Shown: positions 63,283 through 64,000 of the stretch, in pieces | Numbering within the stretch: position 1 is the stretch's first letter | Layout of the letters: each line of letters starts with the position of its first letter | Source: Heptranchias perlo | Taxonomy: Eukaryota | Assembly: GCF_035084215.1 (NCBI RefSeq) | Contig: NW_027139581.1 | Location: forward strand, 1,364,001 to 1,428,000 | Direction: 5' to 3' | Length of the DNA: 64,000 nt | Program-made: the position numbers and the translations under genes | The notes under the pieces: model-generated | What the model was told of the DNA's origin: nothing | The model's input: the letters and a program-made list of their open reading frames with translations, nothing else | Database searches by the model: none

Positions 63283-63709
63283 CTGTGAGAGGAAAATAAA
63301 TGTGAACCGATCTATTCTCTGGAGAATTGTGAAGCGAACGTTCAGCCTTTATTTGATTAAAGACAAGGGAAGTCATTTTAACTTTGGGCGATATGGACTC
63401 AGCCTCCCATTATACAGTGCGCCTGATTTTCCGGGCCACTAATCAGGAATGTGACCATTGGTGATTCCCCCATTCCCTGGAACAGTTGTGTTGAAGCGCA
63501 GCTCTGACGCTCTCCTTGCGCACAGCCTGATGTCGGCTCACTGAGAACTAAACTGGGACCAGGTTCGCAGACTGATCCGATGACATGGCCGCAGAGGAAT
63601 CCCTTCTGGGGCGAGGCTCTGGAACGTCTGCAGTGCCCACTGAACTGTAACAGAGGCAGAGAGAGTCAGGCCGTCCAGGAGAAGGAAGCAAGTAACTAGA
63701 TACTCGGTA

Positions 63710-64000
63710 AAGAAAGAAAGAACTTGCATTTATCCAGCGCTTTTCATCACCTCAGGACGTCCCAGAGCGCTTTGCAGACAAAAAACTACTTTTGACGTGT
63801 GGTCACTGTTGAAATGTTGGAAACTCAGCTATCAATTTGCTCACAGCAAGCTCCCACCAACAGCAATGTAATAATGACCAGGTAATCTGTTTTAGCGATG
63901 TTGGTTGAGGGATAAATATTGGCCAGGGCACCTTCTAAATATTGCTGTGTGATCTTTCAGGTCCACCTGAGAGGGCAGATCGGGGCCTCGGTTTAATGTC
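63710..64000 (-). mobile_element. DeuSINE (runs off the window)
   Basis: Same family as 12425-12810 (gacattaaaccgaggccccgatctgccctctcaggtggac). Confidence 0.8.

Overview
Eukaryotic genomic DNA from a cartilaginous fish (shark or relative), judged from the IgM constant-region sequence and the CR1/L2/DeuSINE repeats. (1) 1-10160: a >4-kb-armed palindrome holding two head-to-head, two-exon orphan class A GPCR genes (GPR139/GPR142-like). The + copy is intact; the - copy has a 1-nt deletion just after its splice acceptor. (2) 10.2-17.3 kb: an assembly gap, GA-rich DNA, a DeuSINE and two CR1 LINEs. (3) 17.4-26.1 kb and 45.7-48.2 kb: a shuffled, mostly decayed tRNA cluster (Leu-TAA, Ser, Asp-GTC, Thr-CGT) with two clearly intact genes and about 20 relics, some with shifted anticodons. 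(4) 27.2-31.5 kb and 44.1-45.6 kb: two inverted, complementary pieces of a dead Harbinger transposon (HARBI1-like nuclease plus a spliced Myb/SANT gene carrying a 24-bp minisatellite). (5) A C2H2 zinc-finger pseudogene. (6) A third, divergent, intact two-exon GPCR (37713-41279, -) with a 2.4-kb 35-bp satellite just upstream. (7) The 3' half of an apparently functional IgM heavy-chain gene on the - strand (Cmu3, Cmu4 plus secretory tail, TM1, TM2, both polyA signals), with a CTCF-like site just downstream; its 5' exons lie beyond the window. The strongest lead is the expanding orphan GPCR family with non-canonical motifs, interleaved with tRNA and ZNF arrays directly beside an Ig cluster. All calls were made by eye and no database searches were run.
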